Assembly (NCBI GenBank): GCA_040954595.2
Contig: CM082589.2
Location: 2,547,275-2,599,974, forward strand
DNA from: Balanoglossus misakiensis
Lineage: Eukaryota > Animalia > Hemichordata
Reading direction: 5' to 3'
Length of the DNA: 52,700 nucleotides
Numbering within the stretch: position 1 is the first letter of the stretch; each line of letters starts with the position of its first letter. Position numbers and translations under genes: made by a program. Of this stretch, positions 1 to 10,728 are shown one piece after another. The notes under the pieces are model-generated. The model worked only from the letters and a program-made list of their open reading frames with translations. It did not search any database and was not told the DNA's origin.

Positions 1-351
1 CGACAATCGCAGTTTTCTCTCTCGATCTATATCTGGTTTCTTCTCTGCGGCAAAATTAACATCTGGAGAACGGCGGTTCATTACCTTTTGTCTTTCCTTC
101 GACGCTCCGAATTTCTTCCGATTTCTTGCATCACCAATGTCCGGTCCAGACAACTTTAGTCTCTCAGCCCTGCGGTTACTCACTCTACCAATAACATTTG
201 TCCCATACACTAATTCGTCCGACGGTGCGGGTCTCTCGGAAACACCAAGGATATTCCATAATAAAATGATTGTTAAAATGAGAAATGTTGTGTGAACGTA
301 CAATCTACGAATTCTTGGCGGAAATTCAACAACTCCACCAGCGGAGAGCAT
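1..351 (-). CDS. Partial CDS (N-terminus) of a type II membrane protein, probably a sixth carbohydrate sulfotransferase paralog; runs off the window
   Basis: Not in the ORF track. ATG at 351 opens 117 stop-free codons to position 1: MLSAGGVVEFPPRIRRLYVHTTFLILTIILLWNILGVSERPAPSDEL... Short basic N-terminus, signal-anchor and hydrophilic stem, in the same orientation as the neighbouring sulfotransferases. The catalytic domain is not visible. Confidence 0.55.
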   Translation of the reverse strand, partial: MLSAGGVVEFPPRIRRLYVHTTFLILTIILLWNILGVSERPAPSDELVYGTNVIGRVSNRRAERLKLSGPDIGDARNRKKFGASKERQKVMNRRSPDVNFAAEKKPDIDRERKLRLS

Positions 352-901
352 GGTTTCAGCATTCTAAAAGATGGCCGATTCTTTTTTTTGAAATGGTCCG
401 GTTTTTCACACCCTTATCAACACCTGTGTGTAATTATCCTTTATTCGTGTAAGAACGGTAATTGGACAAATCATGCATGAAAGCGTGACCATTGACACCG
501 ATAATGACAATGCCGTATTGGCCAAAATTATTGCCGTGTTGTTCACCACGTGCACGATGATGTAATCCCACGTAACTGCATGCACGACTGACGAATCACT
601 CTCAACACAGCTTTAGGCGATAATTGATATTCTTCGAATATTTTTAGACAAACACACACACGCGTACACAATAGATGTTCATTACAAACGTTAATTTTAT
701 TAACAGCTGCCCGTGGACAATAGTGATACAGCTGGTGTCACTGGTGACCATCATACACAGGCTTGCTCGACTTCACGCCATGAAGTCAACCTGAGCAATG
801 GGAGGCGACATTATGAAAAGTGTCTCTCACCAGAAAACGGTCAGGCAGATAAATATTATTGTCTAAATCTATGGTCCGTCTTAGGTCTAACTTAGGTTAC
901 G

Positions 902-2041
902 TCATAAAGCATCATTATCTCGTTTCGGAAAAGGAACCACAAAACTTTTACTTGTGTTTCGTAACTGATTCTCATCTTCTACCACAGTGTAACCAAATCT
1001 TTCTAGGAGACTCTCGGAACAAATCTCCTGTACCTCGCGGATTTGGTCAAAAGTTAATTTTGTCCTCCACGCCTGACCGTTTCCTCGCTTTTTACCCGGC
1101 GATAGCATGTTCTCTCGGATGACCGGGTGGAGTGGCAGACCTACGAACTCGTACAGTTTGGGAACTGTTTCTGTCGGATTGTCGGCGATGTCCTCGTACC
1201 GCACGAGAAAGTAGTTCTCTCTGAACCACCTGTCAGAGTTCATGGCGCTTAAATAGTTAGTGTCCAGCCAAATGCAGTAATCTTTCACTATGTCTCTCAA
1301 AACGTTATTAAGTTGTCGATATTGTCCATTCCCACCATCTTTTCTCGTCTTTTGAAAATAAGATCTTGACGAGATCATGCCCCGAGGGTCTCGAACGAGG
1401 TGCACGATTTTAACATTGTCGGCTCTCAGGACTGGTGACCCTAAAATCACATTATTCAGACGAATGATCTTGGTCACTACGTGACGTTTAGAGCGGCAGA
1501 TCGACGTCACTTCCGCTTCTCCGATGGGCTGCTCCAAGTGAGTAAGATTTGCGAAGCCGCGCATGAATTTGTGGCGGTTCAAGCTCTGAAAGTAGTACGG
1601 CCGGGCGGTGAAGTTGCAATGAAAGAACGCGTGCATGAAATCAATGAGTTCGGGCCGAATGCCTTCCAGGTAATCGAAGTTGTCCTTGTACAGGTTTCCG
1701 CCCTCGTAGTCCACCAGCGCGTGGCCTGGCTCGTACACGTAGAAAAAGTCCGGATGACGGGCGAAGTAGCTGGCGGTCAAAGTGGAACCCGTCCGCATCC
1801 GGGCATGCACTAGCACATGAACGTTCGACGGTGTTTCTTCAAGTTCACTCTGCACCCGTCGCCTACCAGCGTCCAATGTCGGACTGACAGTCGACGGAAA
1901 AAACCTGGACGAACCAGTTCTCCTGTCGAAATCTCTAGCCGAGTTATCACGCCAACTTTTCATCAGAAATGAATGGATAATAACCGTGGCAGCGCAAACT
2001 GAGACGTAGAGTATCACTGTAGCTTGTCTTGGCTTCCCCAT
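902..2041 (-). CDS. Golgi carbohydrate sulfotransferase (CHST1/3/4/5-like, GST family), single coding exon, 379 aa
   Basis: ORF 902..2173, likely start MGKPRQ at 2041. N-terminal TM (VILYVSVCAATVIIHSFL), 5'-PSB motif HARMRTGST, FYVYEP, 3'-PB motif HLVRDPRG, VRYED and C-terminal WR..L...Q..C...FGY. Confidence 0.9.
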   Translation of the reverse strand: MGKPRQATVILYVSVCAATVIIHSFLMKSWRDNSARDFDRRTGSSRFFPSTVSPTLDAGRRRVQSELEETPSNVHVLVHARMRTGSTLTASYFARHPDFFYVYEPGHALVDYEGGNLYKDNFDYLEGIRPELIDFMHAFFHCNFTARPYYFQSLNRHKFMRGFANLTHLEQPIGEAEVTSICRSKRHVVTKIIRLNNVILGSPVLRADNVKIVHLVRDPRGMISSRSYFQKTRKDGGNGQYRQLNNVLRDIVKDYCIWLDTNYLSAMNSDRWFRENYFLVRYEDIADNPTETVPKLYEFVGLPLHPVIRENMLSPGKKRGNGQAWRTKLTFDQIREVQEICSESLLERFGYTVVEDENQLRNTSKSFVVPFPKRDNDAL

Positions 2042-3439
2042 TTTCAAGGATGAACTTAACCATTCCAGAGCATCACATATTAACGACGCCGAGGAGATAA
2101 AATCGAATTCTTTATGAGAGTCAAATGAACCCTTAACTACGTAAAAAATCGCTCTACGTAAAACTAACCACAAACATAAGGAGTTCGGTATTTTTTATTC
2201 TCTTAATTTAGCTCATTAGAATACACACCTCTTCCATGTTATTGTGACATCATTAAAAACTTTTAAATATCTTATTTTTTATTACCACGATACACGATAT
2301 AAATCTTACACGGCAACGGCATCGCATCACCCAACATGAAAATATCACCGTCTACTTTGATAATTATAATAGTCATTCATAACATATTTATTTACAGGAG
2401 GTTTGTAACGTTTGCAAGCGGACCAAATGTACATTTTGTAGCTTTGTGAATAAGTCCACAAACAATACCAGTACCTAAACCAATATTTCAACCAAATACT
2501 CTGTTCATTTTACCGTTGAATACAACGACAGCAGCTGTGCAAAGTTTCGATTGTTGAAGCAGATGAAATATTCGAGTTCTTCTGGAATGTAATTTGTCTC
2601 CTGCACACTTTTATTACATGTCGATTGTTACATTAATGCCACATACGAGAAAAAACTACACAACTGAAATGCCATCAACAAATGTTACCGAGTTGAATAT
2701 AAAAAGCTCCACTGACACACCAGCTTTGAATTTCTATTTCGCCTGTCAGATTTGTTATGATCACAGTAATATCAGTCACATGAGTTGTTCGGTGGAAGAA
2801 TCCGGACCAAAGAAAAGAAATACTCTATGTAAATCATTTGGTCTACAGCTGGTCCTAGCATAAATGAACTGCGTGAAAATCAATACACATTGAATAAATA
2901 CAAAACAATTACCAAAAACGTGTGACCGTGTGTCGTTATAATTATGCCCTTTGCTTCCCATTGCAAATAGAGACAGACAGACAGAGATAGACACTGAGAG
3001 GTGTATCCAGTCCAGCGCCACCCCCTCTAGTGATAAATGAACGATTGACAACGCCCCAAACTGCCACACCCAAGTGACCACCGTCATTTTAATGCAGTGT
3101 CCACTTAAATTGGCGATTTTTGCTGAAATTCACGCCACACATGCACATATTTGAATAGGTATGACCCACACGGACATCCATTATGGTAATACGCCTATGT
3201 GAAAAACGTGACTGACCATACCATGAAAAATATCTAGCCAGTGTTCTTGGCACGTTTATAAGACAGTACATGTTTCGAGTAGAGAGCTCAATAGCACAGC
3301 TGATGTGTTAAAATTTACATCGCAGACTACGCCATTCGTTTGACAGGGTTTGATTCTTTGACTGACCTGCACCCTTTGCAATTTGTGTGTCCTGAACGCA
3401 ACGTCGGCACTCACTGAGTAACAACCTTTGACCCCTAGA

Positions 3440-4534
3440 CTACGTGGCAGGGGCGTCCGGCTGTGGCAGAACAAGACTCAGAGAATCGTTCCGCAGCTGC
3501 TCTTCATTCCGTACCATGACGTAACCAAACATTTTGAAAACTCGTTCAGGGCAAATTTCTTGGATTCGGTTGACTTCTTTAAAACTCAGCTTGCTTCTCC
3601 AGGCCTGTCCGTTCCCAAGTTTCCCCGGTGACCGAATCATCTTCTCAATTTTGGGATGAAGGGGGAGCCGAAGAAATCTGTACATTTGGGGGACGATTTC
3701 GCCTGGCCTGTCGGACAGATCCTCGTACCTGACTAGCATATAGTTTCTCTTGAACCAGTTTTCCACGTTCTGTGCGGCTAAATAGTTTGTGTCCATCCAC
3801 GTGCAGTCATCTCTGATCACCTCTTCGAGTTTGTCGGGCAATCGGAAATTTCCGTTCCCCGTCGAGTCTTTCGGCATCGCTTCAAACGCACGCCTTGAGT
3901 TGGCCATGCCACGTGGATCTCGGACAAGGTGTATCACCTTCACGTTGTCCCTTCGGAGAACAGGCGAAGCAAATATTATATTGTTGAGTCGAATTATCTT
4001 GGTAACGACGTGTCGTTTCGACCTACAGATCGAAGTGACGTCAGCTTCGCGGATCGGGAGACTCAAGTGCGTGATATTCGAAAAATACCTCTGGAAAAAG
4101 TTTTTGTTGATACTTTTGAAGAAGTAGTCACGGGCTGTGAAGTTACAGTGCAAGAACGAGTGCATAAAATCGACAAGTTCGCCCCGTATGGGTTCCAGGT
4201 AGTCGAAGCTGTCCCGGTATAAGTTCATGCCATTGTACTCGACGATCATGTGACCTGGCTCGTAGACGTAGAAGAAGTCTGGGTGGTTGGCGAAGTAGCT
4301 GCCGGTTAGGGTTGAACCGGTGCGCATCCTGGCGTGCACAAGCACGTGCAGTCGACCGTCAGCGCTTTCCTTCAATTTTCCCACGCTGTCTTCATCCTCG
4401 AATAATCTCGCGCCGTGATGCTTCATCCTTGAGATTCTCTCACCGTCATCCAAGTCGATCCAGCGAAGGAAGCCCAGCAGCGCCACGACCAGGACAACCA
4501 CCCCTTTCCATCGTCGACGTAACCAAGGCAACAT
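3440..4534 (-). CDS. Golgi carbohydrate sulfotransferase (CHST-like), single coding exon, 364 aa
   Basis: ORF 3440..4609, first ATG (MLPWLRRRW) at 4534. TM VVVLVVALLGFL, ARMRTGST, FYVYEP, HLVRDPRG, VRYED. Closest paralog of the 902..2041 gene by eye. Confidence 0.9.
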   Translation of the reverse strand: MLPWLRRRWKGVVVLVVALLGFLRWIDLDDGERISRMKHHGARLFEDEDSVGKLKESADGRLHVLVHARMRTGSTLTGSYFANHPDFFYVYEPGHMIVEYNGMNLYRDSFDYLEPIRGELVDFMHSFLHCNFTARDYFFKSINKNFFQRYFSNITHLSLPIREADVTSICRSKRHVVTKIIRLNNIIFASPVLRRDNVKVIHLVRDPRGMANSRRAFEAMPKDSTGNGNFRLPDKLEEVIRDDCTWMDTNYLAAQNVENWFKRNYMLVRYEDLSDRPGEIVPQMYRFLRLPLHPKIEKMIRSPGKLGNGQAWRSKLSFKEVNRIQEICPERVFKMFGYVMVRNEEQLRNDSLSLVLPQPDAPAT

Positions 4535-4871
4535 TTTATCGCTCAGACACAAAAAGTTCAGCAAATGCAAAAAGTTTCCAGCGAGTTTAATATCCGTTGT
4601 CAACTGCAAAGCTCGGTAACTACTAGTAACAGGCTACACGTGCTTACGTGTCACATTCTCTGAAGTGTCAGTGTGTACGTAACGCACGTTTTACTCCCCA
4701 GGCAAGTGTAAACAAACATGCAAGATTAAAACACGGTTCGGCTAAGGCGTCGATTATAATTTACTCATCATAGGATACCTGTCACATAAGCACAGCTGTG
4801 TACCTATTAATAGTTGTGTCCACTCATATATCATCTCTAAAATTTAATTTGCATTTGTATGAAATTCGTCA

Positions 4872-6038
4872 TTACCATGATGTCGTGTCAAATGTAATTT
4901 TGCTGCTCTCCGGAAAGTTAGTGAAGGTGCTGAAATCTTTGTCGGTCAACTGTGATCCTTTGGTGATCAAACGATACCCAAACATCCGATACACCCTCTC
5001 CGGACACACATCTTGTGCCCTCTTCGCGATTTCCGCTCCTGTTTTGTACCGCCACGACTCTGGGCCGTCGTTTTTCTTCTTGGTCATCTCTCGGATTTTC
5101 TGCTTCACAATATCCTGCATGGGCAACCCCGCGAATTCGTAGAGCTCTTCCACAACTCTGTTGGGATTCGCCACCAGATCCTCGAAGCGCACGAGGCGGT
5201 AGTTTCTTTTCAGCCACTCCGGTCCGTGCTTCACCGTGAGGTAGTTCGTCTCCAGCCAGATGCAGTAGTTCCTCACGATTTCGTCGATCTTTGCCAGAAC
5301 TGTCTCCCGATCGTCGTTCTTCTTGCGCTTCCCGTAGATCTGGAGGCGCGTGCGTGACGACGCCATCCCGCGGGGATCTCGGACCATCTGAATGATTTTG
5401 ACGTTGTGCTCTTTCAAAACCGGCGCCGCCATTATTAAGTTATTAAGCCTTACGCTCTTGATCAGCTTGTGTTTGCGATACTTGCACACGTTTGTAATTC
5501 CACGGTCGTTGACTGTCGTCAAAAACTCAGTTCGAGTGAGTTGGCGCATCCATGATACCTCGTTCATGCTCTTGATGAAATAATCTCTTCCGGTGAAATT
5601 ACACGAGTATATACCATCAATGAATTCCGTCAGTTCCTCCCTCATGTCTTCCAGAAACATCCAAGAATCGTCCCAAATGTCCCGCCGGAATCTGTTCAGA
5701 ATGAACCCTGGCTCGTAAACGTAGAACACATCGGGATTTACATTGAAAGTGTCGGCCATCAAACTCGAGCCAGTACGCATGCGTGCGAAAACCATAATAT
5801 TCACGTTTCTCGACGTACTATCATTGCCTTCACTTTGATATTCGAAGTCGTTTAGACCATCCTTGATTCTGATGACGTCACTAAAGACTGAGTCTTCGTC
5901 CACGCACAACTCGCCCGTGTTTCGAGTAATCCACTTCAGAAAACCAATATTTAAGACGAACACGATGGCCACCAATGAGAAAGTCGTCAGTAAGGAAGAC
6001 ATCCTTCGTGTCGGCCAAATCTCGCTGATGCGCCGCAT
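4872..6038 (-). CDS. Golgi carbohydrate sulfotransferase (CHST-like), single coding exon
   Basis: ORF 4872..6089. Likely start MRRISE at 6038, just downstream of a pyrimidine tract and AG acceptor at 6055-6056; candidate 5'UTR intron 6055..6179 with AAG|GTAAG donor. Motifs FARMRTGSS, FYVYEP, MVRDPRG, VRFED. Confidence 0.88.
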   Translation of the reverse strand: MRRISEIWPTRRMSSLLTTFSLVAIVFVLNIGFLKWITRNTGELCVDEDSVFSDVIRIKDGLNDFEYQSEGNDSTSRNVNIMVFARMRTGSSLMADTFNVNPDVFYVYEPGFILNRFRRDIWDDSWMFLEDMREELTEFIDGIYSCNFTGRDYFIKSMNEVSWMRQLTRTEFLTTVNDRGITNVCKYRKHKLIKSVRLNNLIMAAPVLKEHNVKIIQMVRDPRGMASSRTRLQIYGKRKKNDDRETVLAKIDEIVRNYCIWLETNYLTVKHGPEWLKRNYRLVRFEDLVANPNRVVEELYEFAGLPMQDIVKQKIREMTKKKNDGPESWRYKTGAEIAKRAQDVCPERVYRMFGYRLITKGSQLTDKDFSTFTNFPESSKITFDTTSW

Positions 6039-6299
6039 CACCGCTGATTTTTGACTGAGCATAAAGAAAAGAGAGAAGGATGCTGCCACGATATTTTAAA
6101 TACATGAAAAAAGGAAATTTTTAGACCTTAGACCAAAATCAAAACGATGCCATAAACTACATAAGGGTTAGTGTCTTACCTTGTAATCCCTGGAAATAGC
6201 AAATGAGGGTCTAAGTTCAAATCAATGTGATTTGTTTTTCAAATAGTGAGCGCCATGAATGGCTGCAAACCTCCACGAATTCTGGCTCAGGGTATCAAT

Positions 6300-6620
6300 A
6301 ATTGTCGTCTATACATAGAGGGCGTGATGCAAACAGGTTTCCAGCAAAACCATTGCACATGACCTCTTTCTAGATAGTTAAACTGCCATATTTCTTTGTT
6401 GCAAAGACCTGATAAAACACTGTCAAAGTACAGACCGGTATTCACGTCCCAAAAATTAACAGCGGGTTAAAAACATTAACAGTTTAGATTTTCAGGGACG
6501 TTACTGGATCGCCCAATCAGACGTGCCGTCACTTGGGGGCAGAGGGCGCTTGCCACGTCATGTCAGCAATTGTGTGCTGCGCAACAGTTGGTAGGGATTA
6601 AAGGATAAAGGTACAGATTT
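6300..6620. promoter_or_regulatory. Candidate bidirectional promoter between the divergent sulfotransferase sub-clusters
   Basis: Lies between head-to-head genes. Contains CCAATCAG (~6513), a GC-rich box (~6536-6549) and CRE/G-box-like CCACGTCA (~6553). Splice-donor-like sites point outward on both strands (6179 minus, ~6611 plus). Motif matches only. Confidence 0.35.
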
Positions 6621-6805
6621 TTCGCAAAAACGCATGTCAGATTGTTTGATTATGTCGTTGGTAATACACTTCTGGTCAATAAGTACATGTATATTTTACT
6701 TGAGTACCAATCAAGCAGTCAGATTTGCACAGAAAAAAAGAAAAACATTTATTTCTACATTTTCTGTCTCGTTCTGTATCTCTTTCTGTTGCCATTTCAC
6801 TGTCG

Positions 6806-6831
6806 GTCTGTCTGTCTGTCTGTCTGTCTGT
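6806..6831 (+). repeat. (TCTG)n microsatellite
   Basis: gtctgtctgtctgtctgtctgtctgt seen directly. Confidence 0.9.
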
Positions 6832-7144
6832 CACTCTGCTTCTGTTTCTCACACATTTCCTCTGTCTGTCTCTTTCATATTTTAACCGACCGAAATAGCA
6901 GACGACAAAGCCCACACATTTGAAATGACCCTTCAGAACAAGCTGATACCAGCTTAATGACCATGCGTAAGGCATACAATATAGCATGATATTTAAACAA
7001 ATAGATTTGCACGTTACTGTATTGTTTGCGGGTAAATCTACATTTTCAGACTTCTAGATTTATAGATTGTTTAGCCTATCTAAAACGTGTTTCGATGTTT
7101 TTGTGTAAATCGCTGAGATATTTTGTGGCGGCGTCGACGAAGGC

Positions 7145-8266
7145 ATGAAGTTCTTCAAAAGAGTCATTGTGTTTGCCATCGTGGTGTCGACTGTGCTTGC
7201 TCTGATTTATGTCAACTCGGATTGGAACGGGCGCAACGACAGCGGCGAGAGATTCATTCAAAGGGCAGGAGGTGTCACAGAGGCATGGACGAGTTCTGTC
7301 ACTATTCGTTCGCCAGAGAACAAATCGTCTTCTGCTGACGCCATTCCGGATGACGCAGGACGGAAGATAAAAGTGCTCATCCACGCACGGATGAGGACAG
7401 GGTCCAGTGTGACGGCACGCTACCTCGCTAAGCACCCGGATTTTTTCTACGCTTATGAGCCCGGCTGGATGCTGTCTCACAGGTTGCCAGGACTACGACC
7501 CGTCGACGATAGTTACACTTCTCTTGAGTATCTGAGACCGTATCTCATCTCACTGCTCCAGGGGATTTTTCGGTGCAATTTCGACAACCACGCGTATTTC
7601 GTCCAATATTTGAACACAATATCGTTCTTCCGGTCTTATACAGGGCTTCCACTCAGACTGCCTATCAGCAAAGACAACATTACAGATTTCTGTCAATCAA
7701 AACCACACGTCCTGGTGAAGACAATTCGCCTGAACAACATTTTCTCTTTAGCGCGCACGTTGCTAAGGGATGACGTCAAAGTAATCCATCTCGTTCGCGA
7801 CCCCAGGGGAATGGCTCAATCGAGGGAACAGTTTCAGCGTCTTGATAAAGCCAAGTCGCTCACCGAAGACGCTGTGTTTCACCCCATTCTGGAGAACAAC
7901 ATTAAGGAAACGTGCATGTGGATGGAGATGAATCTCAATGTGGTGAAAAACGGTCCGGATTGGCTGAAGAAGAACTACTTTTTACTCCGCTACGAGGACA
8001 TTGCAGACTACCCGTGGCGCTTTGTCCCAAAAATGTACGAATTTGTCGAGTTAAACATGCCTGACATTGTCAGCCAATCTATAGAAAAGGAAATACTTAA
8101 AAGACCAAACAATGGACAATCTTGGAGAAGGAAAATGACGTTTGACCAAGTGAAAAAAGTTCAGGAACTCTGTTCAGAACGCGTTTTCCAATTGTTTGGT
8201 TATCGACTGGTGACAAGTGAGGACCAGTTGCTTGGCAACGGGAGTTTGGTAATTGACATGACATGA
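7145..8266 (+). CDS. Golgi carbohydrate sulfotransferase (CHST-like), 373 aa
   Basis: TM VIVFAIVVSTVLALIYV, HARMRTGSS, FYAYEP, HLVRDPRG, LRYED; AATAAA at ~8381. Confidence 0.92.
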   Translation: MKFFKRVIVFAIVVSTVLALIYVNSDWNGRNDSGERFIQRAGGVTEAWTSSVTIRSPENKSSSADAIPDDAGRKIKVLIHARMRTGSSVTARYLAKHPDFFYAYEPGWMLSHRLPGLRPVDDSYTSLEYLRPYLISLLQGIFRCNFDNHAYFVQYLNTISFFRSYTGLPLRLPISKDNITDFCQSKPHVLVKTIRLNNIFSLARTLLRDDVKVIHLVRDPRGMAQSREQFQRLDKAKSLTEDAVFHPILENNIKETCMWMEMNLNVVKNGPDWLKKNYFLLRYEDIADYPWRFVPKMYEFVELNMPDIVSQSIEKEILKRPNNGQSWRRKMTFDQVKKVQELCSERVFQLFGYRLVTSEDQLLGNGSLVIDMT

Positions 8267-9033
8267 CATGGTAACTGTGTGGATTTACGTGTACTGGGCA
8301 TTGATCGATGGATCAGGGTGAAGGTGAAAATATTTATGTTTTATGGAAAGTGTCATTGTATATATGTTGATAAAAAAATGAATAAAACTTATTGGTACGC
8401 TTTCCACCATTAAAACTAAATTTCATTAAAATACAACAGTAGCTCCGTGGAGCGAGACTATTATGTTCCATGTTTTTCTATGGTAACCCAGCCATTAATC
8501 TTTCTGGCGTCAGATGGATTGGATATGATAATCGTTTTATATGTACATACATGTGTCATGTGGTCATATCAAACTCTTTGTAAAGGAACGGGTTGCATAT
8601 CACTATAAATCTGCCATTGTGGTTTGGTGAACAGACAGACACAAATTAATGCAACTGACCGTTAAGTAGGTCTCTCCGCCATTTCATATTTGTCTTCAGA
8701 AACAATTTCTGAATACAGTGCTGCCACGTAAGTATTATTTACATTCAATTTTTATTGAAATTTCTTTTTCGTAGAATAATTTTGATAAATTCATTCAACT
8801 ATTGGCCCCATTTGCCTAGCCATTAACAGTCAATAAAAAACTAATGCAAACATTAAATATTGATATTTATATGATTTATATACAATCGCTAGGCTTCAAC
8901 GTGAACACATATTATACAAGTGTGTAGGCTATCGTCTGAAAAAATGTACAGGCTCAACTTCTCCCATCTTGTTCAAACTCGCAGCTATAGCCACCACATG
9001 TAGCCTGACTGTGATTCATCCAAGCCGTCACAT

Positions 9034-10155
9034 ATGAACATGATGGTGAGAAGAAGACTCTGCAGGTTCGCCATAATTCTGCTGGCATCTGTGACCTGTT
9101 TCAGCGCGTACCAAAATCTCTACCCAGGCAGAGAAGACCTGCCTCAGACGAGAGACACAAGCGCCGATCGGGACAACACGGAATGCTGTCAAAATTCAAC
9201 TTCCCGACCGGGGTCCGAGGTTGCAAGCGACCAAGGAGTGAAGGTGCTTGTGTTCGCCAGGAAACGCACCGGTTCCAAGCTGACGGCCAGATACGTAGCA
9301 AGCCACCCTGATTTCTTCTACGTTTATGAACCGGGCCTGATGGTTTCGGATTATTTTGACGGCATGAAGGGACGGGACTCCAAAGACTATCTCATGGAAA
9401 TAGAACCCAGAATTATCGCCTTTTTAGACGCCATATTTAAATGTGATTTTACCGGACACGAGTACTTTGTAACTTATTTGAACGATATGAGCATGTTCCG
9501 GAAAAGGGGACTTTACGATCTACCACTGCCCATAACTATGGGAAGTATCACCCAATTTTGTAGATCTAAAAAACATATAGTGGTTAAAATTGTTCGGCTT
9601 TACAGTTTGGAAATGGCGTTGCCGGTTCTCAAAAGTCATGACGTCAAAGTTATCCACCTCGTTCGCGACCCTAGGGGCACGGCTACATCCAGAGGGAATT
9701 TCCGAGGGGCGGGTAACGACGAAGGTGATACCGCCATCCTCAATGCATACCCAGCGATTGAAGAAGAGGTGACGGATGTCTGCGAGTGGATGACAGATAA
9801 TTTCGAATTTGCAAATCAAGCGCCAACATGGTTAAAACAAAATTACTACCTGCTCCGGTACGAGGACATCGCGGACAACCCTTTGCACGAAGTTCCTGAG
9901 CTTTATAAGTTTATTGGCCTCACTATGCCCGACAGCATCGATGATGTCATCATCGGCAAAACAGGAGAGCTCCCTAGAAACGGCCAGGTCTGGAGAGAGC
10001 ATGTGCCGTACCAGGAGGTCACTAGGATACAGAACCTTTGTTCCGCCAGAACGATGGCAATGTTTGGCTATCGTCAGATTAACAGTAGGAAGGAATTAAA
10101 AATGCAAGACAGTTTAGTTGAAGTTATGGATAATTATCACTATATAATCAGATAA
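9034..10155 (+). CDS. Golgi carbohydrate sulfotransferase (CHST-like), 373 aa
   Basis: TM FAIILLASVTCFSAY, FARKRTGSK, FYVYEP, HLVRDPRG, LRYED; AATAAA at ~10280. Confidence 0.92.
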   Translation: MNMMVRRRLCRFAIILLASVTCFSAYQNLYPGREDLPQTRDTSADRDNTECCQNSTSRPGSEVASDQGVKVLVFARKRTGSKLTARYVASHPDFFYVYEPGLMVSDYFDGMKGRDSKDYLMEIEPRIIAFLDAIFKCDFTGHEYFVTYLNDMSMFRKRGLYDLPLPITMGSITQFCRSKKHIVVKIVRLYSLEMALPVLKSHDVKVIHLVRDPRGTATSRGNFRGAGNDEGDTAILNAYPAIEEEVTDVCEWMTDNFEFANQAPTWLKQNYYLLRYEDIADNPLHEVPELYKFIGLTMPDSIDDVIIGKTGELPRNGQVWREHVPYQEVTRIQNLCSARTMAMFGYRQINSRKELKMQDSLVEVMDNYHYIIR

Positions 10156-10728
10156 CTACATGTATTAGTATATAAGACTCCATAAACAACTTCTCTTAGA
10201 CGGAAAACTGCGCCCTCAACACAAAAGTACACCACTCTTTCGTTTAGTATGTTTCGGGTCACATTTCTTCAGGTCAGTCAATAAAAGTGAACAAAACATC
10301 ACTAATAATACTGATTCATGCAGACGTCACTTTTTATTAGAGACTTTATTGAAAATATACAACATAGTATGACAGATAAGTCATTCAAGAAAGCTACTTT
10401 CCCTTAAAAATGCATTGATTGTAAATTAGACAAAAAGTTTTCTACTTCAAGCCATGGTGTCTACTAGGAATTTGATGGTACATGTAAAGGTAAAAACAAA
10501 ACTCATAAATAATACTGACAGCCACTTGATATGCTGATTGTGTCTGACCACTGAGCTGAGTCACTCAAACCTCTCACCCCTCACCATACCTAGAAGTTGT
10601 CCTTGGTATAATCAAACTGTATTTCATTGCTGTGGATCAATCCACATGCTTGGAAACGAGGGGTGAAAGGGTCAGATCCTGTGTAAATATTCAGTGGTAA
10701 CATGATCTCTCAGATACCATGGAGAGCT

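Noticed and set aside
2042-2173. N-terminal extensions from TTG/GTG starts given by the ORF track
   Set aside because: The track uses prokaryotic start codons; the first suitable ATG before the TM segment, or a splice acceptor, is more plausible.
859-10099. Many 60-135 aa ORFs overlapping the sulfotransferases
   Set aside because: Antisense or off-frame shadows of real CDSs, with no recognisable motifs.
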